Below, piece by piece: positions 19,810 through 29,411 of a stretch of DNA of 64,000 nucleotides; positions within the stretch are counted from its first letter, which is position 1; each line of letters starts with the position of its first letter. This DNA is from Bacteroidia bacterium (GTDB lineage Bacteria; Bacteroidota; Bacteroidia; Flavobacteriales_D; JAUILH01), in the NCBI GenBank assembly GCA_030433115.1, contig JAUILH010000003.1, forward strand, positions 1,746 to 65,745, read 5' to 3'. The position numbers and the translations under genes were made by a program. The notes beneath the pieces are model-generated. The model ran no database searches. It was not told where the DNA came from and worked only from the letters and a program-made list of their open reading frames with translations.

Positions 19810-20568
19810 ATGAAATTTTTACTGGCTCCATTCAGGCTGTTGTACAAAGTGTATTTTGGGATTGTTTTTTACCTCTCCCTCATTATTATGTACCCTGCTT
19901 TTTGGGTAACTACCAGACGAGAAGAGTGGTATCCAGCCTGCTTTAAACTGAAGCGAATATGGGGGCAGATTTTGCAAATTTCCCTGTTCATCTTTATCAA
20001 AAGAGACTACAAAGCGCCTTTGCCAAAAGGACCATTTATTATTGCCTGTAACCACAGCTCCTATTTAGACATTGTGTTCATGTATCGCGTAATCGATTAC
20101 CGCTTTATTTTTTTAGGGAAAAAGGAATTATTGAAGTGGCCATTGTTCAATCTGTTTTTTAAGACCATGGACATTGCTGTGGACAGAAAGAACAGAGTAA
20201 AAGCCGCTAAATCTCTGGTGAGGGCTAGAAATTATATAGACGATGGCTACGCCATTTCAATTTTCCCGGAAGGAACCATTCCGGAAACTGCCCCCGTGAT
20301 GAAGCGATTTAAAGATGGTGCTTTCAAGTTGGCAATTGACAAACAAATACCCATTGTTCCAGTTGCATTTCTGAATAATTGGAAGTTGTTTTCCGATCCT
20401 TCACAGCCTTTTGGACCGGCCTCACCTGGTGTTTCGAGGGTGATTATTCATGAAGCGATTGAAACTACCGGGAAAACTGATGAAGATTTGGTAACTTTGC
20501 GTCAGAAATGCTTTGATCTTATTCAAGGCTCAGTTGCGAATTATAACTGCAATGACTATGACCGTTAG
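19810..20568 (+). CDS. plsC: 1-acyl-sn-glycerol-3-phosphate acyltransferase
   Basis: NHSSYLD (HxxxxD), FPEGT, FKDGAF, IPIVPV. Confidence 0.88.
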   Translation: MKFLLAPFRLLYKVYFGIVFYLSLIIMYPAFWVTTRREEWYPACFKLKRIWGQILQISLFIFIKRDYKAPLPKGPFIIACNHSSYLDIVFMYRVIDYRFIFLGKKELLKWPLFNLFFKTMDIAVDRKNRVKAAKSLVRARNYIDDGYAISIFPEGTIPETAPVMKRFKDGAFKLAIDKQIPIVPVAFLNNWKLFSDPSQPFGPASPGVSRVIIHEAIETTGKTDEDLVTLRQKCFDLIQGSVANYNCNDYDR

Positions 20569-20845
20569 TGAAAAAGATGTTGACCGAATAGCTGAATTGT
20601 CAAAGCTTCAGTTTGATGATGCTGCTAAAACTGCCGTTCAGCAAGATCTCAATAAGATTATTGACTTCATTGGCAAGTTGGATGAACTGGACACCGACCA
20701 GGTGGAACCTCTGTTATTCATGACGGATGAAGTGAACGTACTGCGCGCCGATGATGCAAGAACAGACATCACGCAGAAAGAAGCACTCAAAAACGCCCCT
20801 CAAAAAGACTCTGATTATTTCAAGATTCCTAAAGTATTGGGATAA
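20558..20845 (+). CDS. gatC: Asp/Glu-tRNA amidotransferase subunit C
   Basis: VDRIAELSKL, LDELDTDQVEP, NVLRAD, ALKNAP...YFKIPKV; 95 aa; overlaps the end of plsC. Confidence 0.93.
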   Translation: MTVSEKDVDRIAELSKLQFDDAAKTAVQQDLNKIIDFIGKLDELDTDQVEPLLFMTDEVNVLRADDARTDITQKEALKNAPQKDSDYFKIPKVLG

Positions 20846-20929
20846 ACGCTTAAGACTTCAGGCAAATCAGATAATCAATTCTGATCAGTTTATTTTATGG
20901 ATTGAGTTACATTCAACAAAAAATCACTC

Positions 20930-21520
20930 ATGAAAATAAGTTTGTTGTTGTGCTTCTTTATCCCACTACTATCTCTTGGTCAAACCTACAAAAAAGCGAA
21001 AGGTTTATCTGATGAGGAATTTGTAAGCCTGGTATTCCCGGACCTGGAGGTTTATGAAGCCATTTATTCGGGTAGCTGGGGAGGATCACATAAAATACTG
21101 GTCACCTATTTAGAGGATGAAGACTTCAAATCAGCGTACCTATTGAGTCAAGCAAAAAAACGCCGATATGAGCTCATTGATTTTCCATACGAATTTGGAA
21201 TGGGCGTTTATCCACGTACTTCAAATATTGATACCGTTCTTTTTCAGGATTGTGACAACGACAAGGTTACCGACATGTTAATTATTGAAAATGGTATTTG
21301 GCGTTGTAGAGTTGAAATTGAAGAAGAAAATCCGGAGACAGGTGAGATAGAGGTATTTGAAACGGGTGCCTCTTGTGAGGTATGTGCCTATTCTGTTTTC
21401 TCGGTCAAAAACAACAAGGTAGAAGTGATTGCAGGGGATGAAGACATTGACTGGAATTGTGATAAAGCACTGATTTTTGAGGCAGTGCGTCAGGAAATCG
21501 AAGACAGGGAAAAGCAATAA
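20930..21520 (+). CDS. Hypothetical exported protein
   Basis: Signal peptide; acidic; contains a DxDxD-like loop (DCDNDKVTD). Confidence 0.65.
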   Translation: MKISLLLCFFIPLLSLGQTYKKAKGLSDEEFVSLVFPDLEVYEAIYSGSWGGSHKILVTYLEDEDFKSAYLLSQAKKRRYELIDFPYEFGMGVYPRTSNIDTVLFQDCDNDKVTDMLIIENGIWRCRVEIEEENPETGEIEVFETGASCEVCAYSVFSVKNNKVEVIAGDEDIDWNCDKALIFEAVRQEIEDREKQ

Positions 21521-21550
21521 AAAAGCCGTTCCTAATCAGAACGGCTTTTA
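21519..21550. terminator. Bidirectional terminator
   Basis: AAAAGCCGTTC-ctaatca-GAACGGCTTTT between convergent genes. Confidence 0.88.
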
Positions 21551-21568
21551 TCAATCTAACTAGTTTCT

Positions 21569-21982
21569 TTAGCAGAACTCATCAAATGCGGCCGTTAAAT
21601 TTTCTGCTATCATCTCTGCAGGTCTGCCCTCAATGTGATGTCTCTCAATAAAGTGAACCAACTTCCCGTCTTTAAACAAAGCCATGGAAGGTGACGACGG
21701 AGGGTAAGGCAACATATATTTTCTCGCCTGATCAACCGCTTCTTTATCTACACCAGCAAATACGGTTAATAAATGGTCTGGGACTTTAGCATTTTCCAGG
21801 GCCATTTTAGCTGCCGGACGTGCATTGGCTGCAGCACAACCGCAAACCGAATTCAGAACAACCAAGGCAGTGCCTTCCTGTGCGTTAATGGCTTGATCTA
21901 CGTCATCCGCCGTCAACAATTCTTTGTATCCTGCTGAAGTTAAATCAGCTTTCATTGGAGCTACTAATTCTGGTGGGTACAT
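21569..21982 (-). CDS. BrxA/BrxB family bacilliredoxin
   Basis: NSVCGCAAANARP, TVFAGVD, PPSSPSMALFKDG, ERHHIEG. Confidence 0.95.
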   Translation of the reverse strand: MYPPELVAPMKADLTSAGYKELLTADDVDQAINAQEGTALVVLNSVCGCAAANARPAAKMALENAKVPDHLLTVFAGVDKEAVDQARKYMLPYPPSSPSMALFKDGKLVHFIERHHIEGRPAEMIAENLTAAFDEFC

Positions 21983-22049
21983 ATATTTTGTGTTTTTAAT
22001 TCTTGTTAATACAACAAAGCTACGAACTTAGAAGATACGATTTGTCATT

Positions 22050-22496
22050 TTAGCGTTTGCTCTGAAAAAATGCCTTGACGATCGCTCCACATTCCTCCGC
22101 CATAACACCACCTTTAACCTCTGTTGTTGGATGTAGGACAGATTCATTCAATCGTGCATACCCCCGCTTTTCGTCTGAAGCACCAAAGACAATCCGGCCC
22201 ACCCTGGTCCAAAAAGCAGCGCCTGCGCACATCACGCAAGGCTCCAAAGTAACATACAGTGTACACTTGTCCAAATACTTGTTTTGAAGTGCATCCGCCG
22301 CCATGGTGTAAGCCTGCATTTCTGCATGAGCCGTGAAATCTGTCAATTGCTCGCTCAGGTTATGGGCTTTCGCAATGATTTTGTCTTTATAGACTACCAC
22401 GGCACCGATTGGAACCTCATCTTTTTCAAGCGCCTTTTGAGCTTCTAAAAAAGCCTGATTCATGAAATGTGCATCCTTCTTGTCCTGATCTATCAT
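22050..22496 (-). CDS. tadA: tRNA-specific adenosine deaminase
   Basis: EVPIGAVVV, AHAE, YVTLEPCVMCAGA, FFQSKR. Confidence 0.88.
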   Translation of the reverse strand: MIDQDKKDAHFMNQAFLEAQKALEKDEVPIGAVVVYKDKIIAKAHNLSEQLTDFTAHAEMQAYTMAADALQNKYLDKCTLYVTLEPCVMCAGAAFWTRVGRIVFGASDEKRGYARLNESVLHPTTEVKGGVMAEECGAIVKAFFQSKR

Positions 22497-22543
22497 CTCC
22501 TCATTATTCTGATCATGAACAAATTTCTTAAATTTATGGAGTT

Positions 22544-23413
22544 ATGAAACATTTTTTGCTCCCGTTCTCATTATTGGTACTACTTGGGTTTTCTGCCTGC
22601 AACAAAGACAAAGGCGATGATCCCACACCACCCCAATCCAGCACTCCCCAATTGGTCATCAAATTCAAGTTTGATTCTACTCAAGTGCGTTTAGATAATT
22701 TTGGGAATCCTGCTAACGTACCAGCTGGCAATGCCGCGCAATCCCCGGTTTTTCATGGCATCAGTGCCCACTATATTGAATTGGCACCAGATCAATGGAC
22801 TCAACTTGGAGATGGAGACATTGTTTTTCAAGGAGCAGAAACCACTGCCGGAGGCAATTCGGCTGTTGACTTTGACCAGGCGACCACCGTAAATGAAGGT
22901 GAGACTTTTTTGAGTATTCCCATTAGCAACCTTACCCCGGGAACTTACGAATGGATTCGAGTCTCTTTGACCTACCAAAACTATGACATTAAATATGAGT
23001 CTTCTGGTTTGAATTTAACGGGTAGGTTATCCTCTTTTGTTGGCTTCAACACTTATATCAGTAACTACACCATCGATCAACAAAACGTGGCTGTAAATGC
23101 CAATAAGCTTCAAGGGTATTGGGGCTTTGAAACGGTAGGACAAGTATTTGAAGGGCAAAGTCCCGCTACCACTGTTCCCAATCCCATTTCCAGCACCTCT
23201 CCCATTCCTGCGGGTTCTTGTGTGGTGACTGGTTCATTTAGCTCCCCTCTTCAGATTACAGGTAATGAAACAGAAAACATTGAATTGACCTTAAGCTTGT
23301 CTACCAACAATAGTTTTGAATGGGAAGATGACGATATGAATGGTATTTTTAATGTGCCTCAAGATACAGTGGTTGATATGGGGCTCAGAGGCTTGATTCC
23401 TATCATAAATTAA
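22544..23413 (+). CDS. Hypothetical lipoprotein
   Basis: Lipobox LGFSAC, Pro-rich linker, beta-rich body. Confidence 0.8.
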   Translation: MKHFLLPFSLLVLLGFSACNKDKGDDPTPPQSSTPQLVIKFKFDSTQVRLDNFGNPANVPAGNAAQSPVFHGISAHYIELAPDQWTQLGDGDIVFQGAETTAGGNSAVDFDQATTVNEGETFLSIPISNLTPGTYEWIRVSLTYQNYDIKYESSGLNLTGRLSSFVGFNTYISNYTIDQQNVAVNANKLQGYWGFETVGQVFEGQSPATTVPNPISSTSPIPAGSCVVTGSFSSPLQITGNETENIELTLSLSTNNSFEWEDDDMNGIFNVPQDTVVDMGLRGLIPIIN

Positions 23414-23420
23414 GTATTGA

Positions 23421-24275
23421 ATGTCCTCCAAAATTCACAATGCACTTGCGCCATATTTTGGAGACATTAGATATCTCAATCCATTATCCGGAGGAGACAT
23501 CAATGAGGTATATTCTTTTGAGAGCAACGACATTAAATACTGCCTAAAAGTTAATGATGCGCTTAGTTTTCCCGGCATGTTTTCCGCTGAAGCCAAAGGG
23601 CTCGATCTACTGAGGGCATCCAATAGTTTCAGAGTTCCAAAAGTGATCCAACAATTCGATTCGGATGAACAAAGCTTCCTGGTACTTGAGTTCATCCATT
23701 CAGGTCGAAAAGATAAACACTATGCAGAACGATTTACGAGGAATTTGTACGAACTTCATAGCCAAACGCACGCACACTTTGGACTTGATCACGACAATTA
23801 TATCGGCTCTATTCAACAAAAAAATACGTCTTGCGATACCTGGGGAGAGTTTTACGGAGAAATGCGTCTAAACACTCTTGCAAGAATTTGTTTTGATCGT
23901 GAACTTTTATCACACCGACATATCGCTCAACTCAATACCTTGTGCCTGCAACTCAATGAGATATTTCCTCAAGAAGCGCCTTCCTTACTTCACGGTGATT
24001 TGTGGGGAGGCAATGCCATGTCCACAATAAACGGCAATGCTTGTATATATGATCCGGCAGTGTATTACGGTCACCGAGAAATGGATTTAGGTATGATGAA
24101 GCTGTTTGGTGGATTTGAAGACGCCATTTTTGATGCCTACCAGGCCATAGCGCCTTTAGCTCCGGACTGGGAAAACCGCATTGAATTGACACAGCTATAT
24201 CCGCTAATGGTTCATCTGATTCTGTTCGGACGATCCTATTTTCAACCAATTGATAAAACCCTTCGGAAGTTTTAA
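23421..24275 (+). CDS. Fructosamine kinase family protein
   Basis: SGGDIN, DNYIG, PSLLHGDLWGGN, DPAVYYGHREMDL. Confidence 0.95.
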   Translation: MSSKIHNALAPYFGDIRYLNPLSGGDINEVYSFESNDIKYCLKVNDALSFPGMFSAEAKGLDLLRASNSFRVPKVIQQFDSDEQSFLVLEFIHSGRKDKHYAERFTRNLYELHSQTHAHFGLDHDNYIGSIQQKNTSCDTWGEFYGEMRLNTLARICFDRELLSHRHIAQLNTLCLQLNEIFPQEAPSLLHGDLWGGNAMSTINGNACIYDPAVYYGHREMDLGMMKLFGGFEDAIFDAYQAIAPLAPDWENRIELTQLYPLMVHLILFGRSYFQPIDKTLRKF

Positions 24276-24318
24276 TTCTTTCGAATGAAAAAATCTATCT
24301 TTAGGCAAAACAAAAACA

Positions 24319-24669
24319 ATGAAAAAGACATTTATTTTAACGATGGCACTATCCGCAATGGCGTTAGTTTCTTGTGGGGATGATAAAAAGGATGAGGATT
24401 CTGAAGAATCAAAAAAAGAAACTAATGAGCAAAAAGTAGCCAAAATTGCTTGTGGTTGTGCAGAAGAAGGTCTAAAAGTATTAGATGGGGAAGACGCTGC
24501 GAGTATGGAGGGCATGCAAGCAGTCCAAGAGGCATATATCGACTGTGCTATGGAACATATGGAAGAGATGAAAAAACTCCAAATCGACAATGATAAAATG
24601 ATGAAAGAAATGGAGAAAATGTGCCCAGACGCTGCCAAAGCTATGGAGAAAATGAGAGAAGCCATGTAG
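24319..24669 (+). CDS. Small Met-rich helical lipoprotein
   Basis: Lipobox ALVSC; CxC...C...C pattern; followed by a terminator. Confidence 0.75.
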   Translation: MKKTFILTMALSAMALVSCGDDKKDEDSEESKKETNEQKVAKIACGCAEEGLKVLDGEDAASMEGMQAVQEAYIDCAMEHMEEMKKLQIDNDKMMKEMEKMCPDAAKAMEKMREAM

Positions 24670-24693
24670 GCTATTTCAGACTTGAAAAAACTC

Positions 24694-24726
24694 AAAAGCC
24701 ATGATGAAATTCATCATGGCTTTTTT
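24694..24726. terminator. Bidirectional terminator
   Basis: AAAAGCCATGATGA-aat-TCATCATGGCTTTT perfect hairpin. Confidence 0.9.
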
Positions 24727-24733
24727 ATTGTAT

Positions 24734-25765
24734 CTACTTAACTAAGTCTACAAATTCTATGACTTCCTGGGTAAATTTTTCCCATTCATTGTCCATTGGC
24801 GAATGTCCGGATGACTCGAAAATAACCAGCTTCTTCTGTGCAGAGGATACTTCATTATAGGCATCCACGCCTAATTGTGGTGGCACTACAAAGTCATATT
24901 TCCCCCATAAAAACAAACAGGGAATCGTGACTTTGTGCAACTCATCGGTCATCGACAATTCTTCCACCTCATTCAATAAATTGGACGTGGCATTGCCCGA
25001 TATCCCACTAATTATGGGATTGGTTGGTCCAAAGAACAAACTATTTGTTATGCCTCCGGAAGACGAGCTCAAAATTCCATCATTTCGCAAATATCCCTCT
25101 GCTTCATAAGCTTTCGAGTTGATCTCACCACCTTGATCGACAGAGATGTTATTAGTATCTATGGCGCTCGCCCAATCCAGAATTGCCTGCCACTGATCCA
25201 CAGAATTTCCGGCTGCAATTTGTGTGTTTGCCTCAGCAATGAACATCCTTGTGGCATCTTTATTTAATTTGGGGATATCATGTGCTCCATCAGCTTCAAT
25301 CCAAGCCTTCACATTGTCCTGAAGCCTTTCAGTAATCATATACTTAGCCGTTAATGTGCCTCCCCAGGAGTGTCCTAACAAAACTATGCTCAAGTCCTCT
25401 CCATATTTAGCCTTCATCACCTTCACTACGGCATCCAAATCATCTACCATTTGTTCAATGTTTACATGACTGGCGGCATACTGTCCATGACTCATGCCCT
25501 GACCTCTTTGATCCCAGTAAGCCATGGCATACTTGTCTTCCAGCGCTTCAACGTACCTACCACTTCTGTATTCCAAACCATTGCCACCCGGTCCGCCGTG
25601 CACAACCAATATCATCACTTTAGAGGCAATGTTTCCCCGAATATACACCGGCATATCAGCCCCATTGTTTCGTACAAAAACTGTTTCCTGAATGGCAAGG
25701 TCATCCGCCTTTTTCTGACAAGACACCGCTGTCAATAAAATCAGTGCTATTCCCAAATATTTCAT
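24734..25765 (-). CDS. Alpha/beta hydrolase lipoprotein (proline iminopeptidase-like)
   Basis: Lipobox TAVSC; HGGPG, WDQRGQG, GHSWGG nucleophile elbow, GKYD, SGHSP. Confidence 0.92.
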   Translation of the reverse strand: MKYLGIALILLTAVSCQKKADDLAIQETVFVRNNGADMPVYIRGNIASKVMILVVHGGPGGNGLEYRSGRYVEALEDKYAMAYWDQRGQGMSHGQYAASHVNIEQMVDDLDAVVKVMKAKYGEDLSIVLLGHSWGGTLTAKYMITERLQDNVKAWIEADGAHDIPKLNKDATRMFIAEANTQIAAGNSVDQWQAILDWASAIDTNNISVDQGGEINSKAYEAEGYLRNDGILSSSSGGITNSLFFGPTNPIISGISGNATSNLLNEVEELSMTDELHKVTIPCLFLWGKYDFVVPPQLGVDAYNEVSSAQKKLVIFESSGHSPMDNEWEKFTQEVIEFVDLVK

Positions 25766-26397
25766 GTCGATTTCTTTTTAATTTGACTTCTTCTAATTCC
25801 CCATTTTGGGTTCCATATCATACCTAATTCCAAACTAAAGTCAGGAACCATAGCGGCGTTATAACCAAAGATGTAATGCACATTCAGCCTGGAATACAAA
25901 GCCTTATTTTTCATATCATTCTTCCCAAAATACTTGCCATATGTGAGGTAAGTTTGTGGCGAAAAATACCCTTTGGAAGCCAACGGAGCTTTCTTAACTG
26001 AACCGGACTCATCCACAACATAGGTCTCTCCAACATTGAACTGTCTCAAATAACCCAATCCGGCACCTACTCCCCAAAATCTACCTTTTGATAAGTTGTT
26101 TCGTCTCAACTCAAAATCCACAGCACTTAACCAGCCTACTTTGGTTTGAGGGTGTGCGTAAACCGACATAGATGGTACAATTATTCGACTCTTCAAAAGC
26201 TCCTTGGTTTTTCGTTTCTTCTCTTTGAGCACTGAGATGTGCTTCAAATGATACTCGGTTCCGATTTTTACTCCGGGATGGGTCGCAAAGTTGCCAAAAT
26301 AAGACACTGAAACTGGCATCACCGTTTGCCGGTCATCTTGAGAAATTGCAACACCAGAGCCCATTACAAGCCCCAATACAATCACATATTTTTTCAT
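25762..26397 (-). CDS. Hypothetical exported/outer-membrane protein coupled to the hydrolase
   Basis: Signal peptide from ATG 26397; THPGVKIG; alternating beta-strand pattern; ATGA overlap with the hydrolase start. Confidence 0.7.
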   Translation of the reverse strand: MKKYVIVLGLVMGSGVAISQDDRQTVMPVSVSYFGNFATHPGVKIGTEYHLKHISVLKEKKRKTKELLKSRIIVPSMSVYAHPQTKVGWLSAVDFELRRNNLSKGRFWGVGAGLGYLRQFNVGETYVVDESGSVKKAPLASKGYFSPQTYLTYGKYFGKNDMKNKALYSRLNVHYIFGYNAAMVPDFSLELGMIWNPKWGIRRSQIKKKST

Positions 26398-26566
26398 TTT
26401 CCCTGCTTTTCTGTTCAACATGATTCCTTAACGCAACTTCCAATTTTTTATGCAGCTCAACATGTCGAACCAACAAAATATCTACACCAAATACTCAAAA
26501 ATTTACACCAAGCCGATTTAGGAGTACATCAAAATATTCGCTAGTTTTAGGGCAAACAATTCAATT

Positions 26567-27100
26567 ATGGAAATCAGAAAGCCTTTCAACCTTCAAAAAT
26601 GGATAGACGATAACCGAGACTTGCTAAAACCGCCCGTAAGCAACAAGTGTTTGTATCCGGAAGGCACTGATTTTATCGTGATGATTGTTGGCGGACCAAA
26701 TGCTAGAAAAGACTACCACTTCAATGAGTCTGAAGAGTGGTTTTATCAATTAGAAGGCGATATTATGGTTACCATTCAACAAGATGGTAAGGCCGTGCAG
26801 GTACCGATTAAAGAAGGTGAAATGTTTTTACTGCCAAGCAATATTCCTCATAACCCGGTAAGACCTGCCAATTCTGTTGGACTGGTTATTGAAAGAGTCA
26901 GAAAGGGCACAGATATGATGGACGGCCTCATGTGGTTTTGCGACAACTGCAATCACAAACTCAAAGAATTCCGGTTTCCATTGACCAATATCGAGAATGA
27001 TTTCCAACCACGTTTCAAAGAGTTCTATGAGTCGGAAGAAGACAGAACCTGCGATAATTGTGGGCATGTGATGGAAATAGACGAGCGGTTTGTAGATTAA
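26567..27100 (+). CDS. nbaC: 3-hydroxyanthranilate 3,4-dioxygenase
   Basis: MIVGGPNARKDYH, EEWFYQ, PHNP, GLVIER and two CDNC rubredoxin-like pairs. Confidence 0.96.
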   Translation: MEIRKPFNLQKWIDDNRDLLKPPVSNKCLYPEGTDFIVMIVGGPNARKDYHFNESEEWFYQLEGDIMVTIQQDGKAVQVPIKEGEMFLLPSNIPHNPVRPANSVGLVIERVRKGTDMMDGLMWFCDNCNHKLKEFRFPLTNIENDFQPRFKEFYESEEDRTCDNCGHVMEIDERFVD

Positions 27101-27101
27101 A

Positions 27102-27189
27102 TTTTGGGCGTTCGGGCAGGCTGTACGCACTCGCTTTTACCGATTTCATGCGGAAAAGAGCTCAAACAATTGCTCCCATCCTTAACGCA
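27102..27189 (+). ncRNA. Candidate structured RNA or dispersed repeat (Flavo-1-like)
   Basis: GCGTT (27108) can pair with AACGC (27184); inner CTTTT-a-CCG...CGG-AAAAG stem. The layout resembles my recollection of a flavobacterial intergenic motif; the family name is unverified. Confidence 0.45.
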
Positions 27190-27266
27190 CTTTCGTTTTT
27201 AGTTCAGGCAAACATTTTCTGAGCATCATATGGCACGAAAATTGCCCCACTAAGGACACCAACACC

Positions 27267-29411
27267 ATGAAACCTGCCTTTTTAGCATTCCTCATTGCTT
27301 TCTGTGCAAGTCCCATTATTTGTGGACAGTGCCCTACCCCAGCTATTCATACCATTTCAAAAAATGAGTCGTACAAAGCTTACCCACACAGGCATTATCG
27401 TCTTGAAGCCTCTGTGATGAATGCAGACAAAATTGAAGTAACACTCAACCAGAAAGTAGTAACACACTATTTCGACAGAGCGAACAACCAACTTGAGGCT
27501 TTCATGCAACTCACTCCGGGCAACAACATCATTCAAGTGACAACCAGTAATGCGTGTGGTGAGAGTACTTCACAAATTCAAATTATAAGTCTTACAGAAC
27601 CATGTGCCCAACTTCCAGTAATATACCGGCAACCCAATTATGTCTCATTCGTGGAGGCCCCTCAAAAGAGAATTCGCTATCAGGTGGAAAGAGCGAGTGT
27701 GAAAAATAATGTGGAAGTAAGCTTCTTTCTCAACGGTCAGCCAATACAGGCTTATTTATCTCCCTCCCAAGTTTATGACCTGAACCTTAGCTTAAACACT
27801 GGAAAGAATCGGCTGAGTGTATCCATCAGCAACGATTGCGAAACTCTGAACAAGGAGTACCTTCTTATCAGGTGCGAGAAACCAGACATCCATAATTTCA
27901 CTGCCTCAGTCAATCGTTCGGAAGAAACTATCAATGTTTTTGCAACGGTCAACCCTCAAGATAGTATTAGGCTCACAATTAATGGTGTTCAAATTTCGCA
28001 TAGCATTAATGGCACCGAATTAAAAGCAAGTTCGAGAATATCTGAGGGGCGGCATGAGGTGGTAATATCTTCGGATAACCAGTGCCAAGAGAGCTCAGCA
28101 AGGAAGATTCTATCTTTTAAGCGCCAGTGCGACTCCAAACCAAAAATAACCATCGTTAATAAAAATGAACTAACAAATGGTAATACGCGCGTTGCCCAGG
28201 TCGAATTCGAAAATACCGATAACAATCATGTTTCAGTTATGAGAAACGATCAGATATATCGACAAATGGATTACCCGAACAAACATTTCGAATATACCGT
28301 CTTTCAGAGTGGACACTCAACCGTTAAAACATCATTTTTCACCGAAAACGCTTGCGGGCAAAAAGCGGTAGCCTCCGTAAAGATCAAGGCAAGTGGACAA
28401 GGTGGTGCTCCAAAAGTCAAAACCAAGAAGGATAAAACCCCTGAGGTGTCAGAAAAATGCAAAGCCAAGAGACCTTATATCACTGTTTACTCCCAGCCAA
28501 ACGTAAAAAGTGCAATCATGCAACCGCAAGTCCTGACTTTCAATGTAAGTGCGCTGAAGAAGATTTACACTGAGGTCATTAATGAATCGACCGAAAAAGA
28601 TCAATACATCATCTGCACCCACAATGGGCTTGTCTTGCCCATCTCCATAAAAAATGACCTTCTAGAAGTCCAGGTAAATCTGTCTGAGGGCAAGAATGTG
28701 ATTGAGATAATAGCACACAATACATGCAAAGCCAAAACACAACGAAAGTATATTCAGTTATTCTATACACCCTGTGTTGGAAGTTTAAACATGACCCTAA
28801 TTCCAGAAAAGACGGAGTTGGAGACGATTTATATGGAAGCCCAGTTAGATAAATTTGAGGTGGATTCCAAATACATCAGGGTAACTCAAAATGATTCCTC
28901 CATTTCATTTAAAATTACTCAAAACAAAGTTCAGATCAGTGCGCACCTGGAAGTAGGTCTAAATCAATTTAAAATCACTTATCAGGGAGAGGGCTGTGAG
29001 AAAAAAACGGCAGAGGCAAGTATTGTTCGGGAAGTGAAATGTCCATTTCCTGAAATAAAACTCCTCACACCAAAGGTCCTGACATACAATTTCGTTCAAT
29101 TCAACAACCCCATATTATTTCAAGTAAAACTGAGTAACTATGCTTTATCCGACACCACTGATGACGATAGAAAAATTCAGGTACTGGTTGATCAGAAAGA
29201 AGTCCCGTATAAATACACTAAGGGTGCTGATTTGGTCACATTCTATGTTTCCCCAAGACCCGGAAGTTCGCAAACCAGAGTGTTCATACGAGTTAAAAAC
29301 GACTGTTGTGAAGAGGCAAATATCTATTATACACTAAAGAATACTGGAAAAATTAATACTCCCGGAATAAGCATACCCTCACCCAAGCCCAGACCAAAGA
29401 AAATTCCTTAG
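27267..29411 (+). CDS. Exported protein built from about six Ig-like repeats
   Basis: Signal peptide; recurring L..G.N.I.V...N.C units; no T9SS CTD. Confidence 0.75.
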   Translation: MKPAFLAFLIAFCASPIICGQCPTPAIHTISKNESYKAYPHRHYRLEASVMNADKIEVTLNQKVVTHYFDRANNQLEAFMQLTPGNNIIQVTTSNACGESTSQIQIISLTEPCAQLPVIYRQPNYVSFVEAPQKRIRYQVERASVKNNVEVSFFLNGQPIQAYLSPSQVYDLNLSLNTGKNRLSVSISNDCETLNKEYLLIRCEKPDIHNFTASVNRSEETINVFATVNPQDSIRLTINGVQISHSINGTELKASSRISEGRHEVVISSDNQCQESSARKILSFKRQCDSKPKITIVNKNELTNGNTRVAQVEFENTDNNHVSVMRNDQIYRQMDYPNKHFEYTVFQSGHSTVKTSFFTENACGQKAVASVKIKASGQGGAPKVKTKKDKTPEVSEKCKAKRPYITVYSQPNVKSAIMQPQVLTFNVSALKKIYTEVINESTEKDQYIICTHNGLVLPISIKNDLLEVQVNLSEGKNVIEIIAHNTCKAKTQRKYIQLFYTPCVGSLNMTLIPEKTELETIYMEAQLDKFEVDSKYIRVTQNDSSISFKITQNKVQISAHLEVGLNQFKITYQGEGCEKKTAEASIVREVKCPFPEIKLLTPKVLTYNFVQFNNPILFQVKLSNYALSDTTDDDRKIQVLVDQKEVPYKYTKGADLVTFYVSPRPGSSQTRVFIRVKNDCCEEANIYYTLKNTGKINTPGISIPSPKPRPKKIP

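Noticed and set aside
20558-20845. gatC without gatA/gatB as an anomaly
   Set aside because: Dispersed gat genes are ordinary in Bacteroidota; the partners are probably elsewhere in the genome.
21569-21982. Bacilliredoxin outside Firmicutes as a horizontal-transfer signal
   Set aside because: Bacillithiol-type systems are already known in Bacteroidota, and there is no compositional or mobility evidence here.
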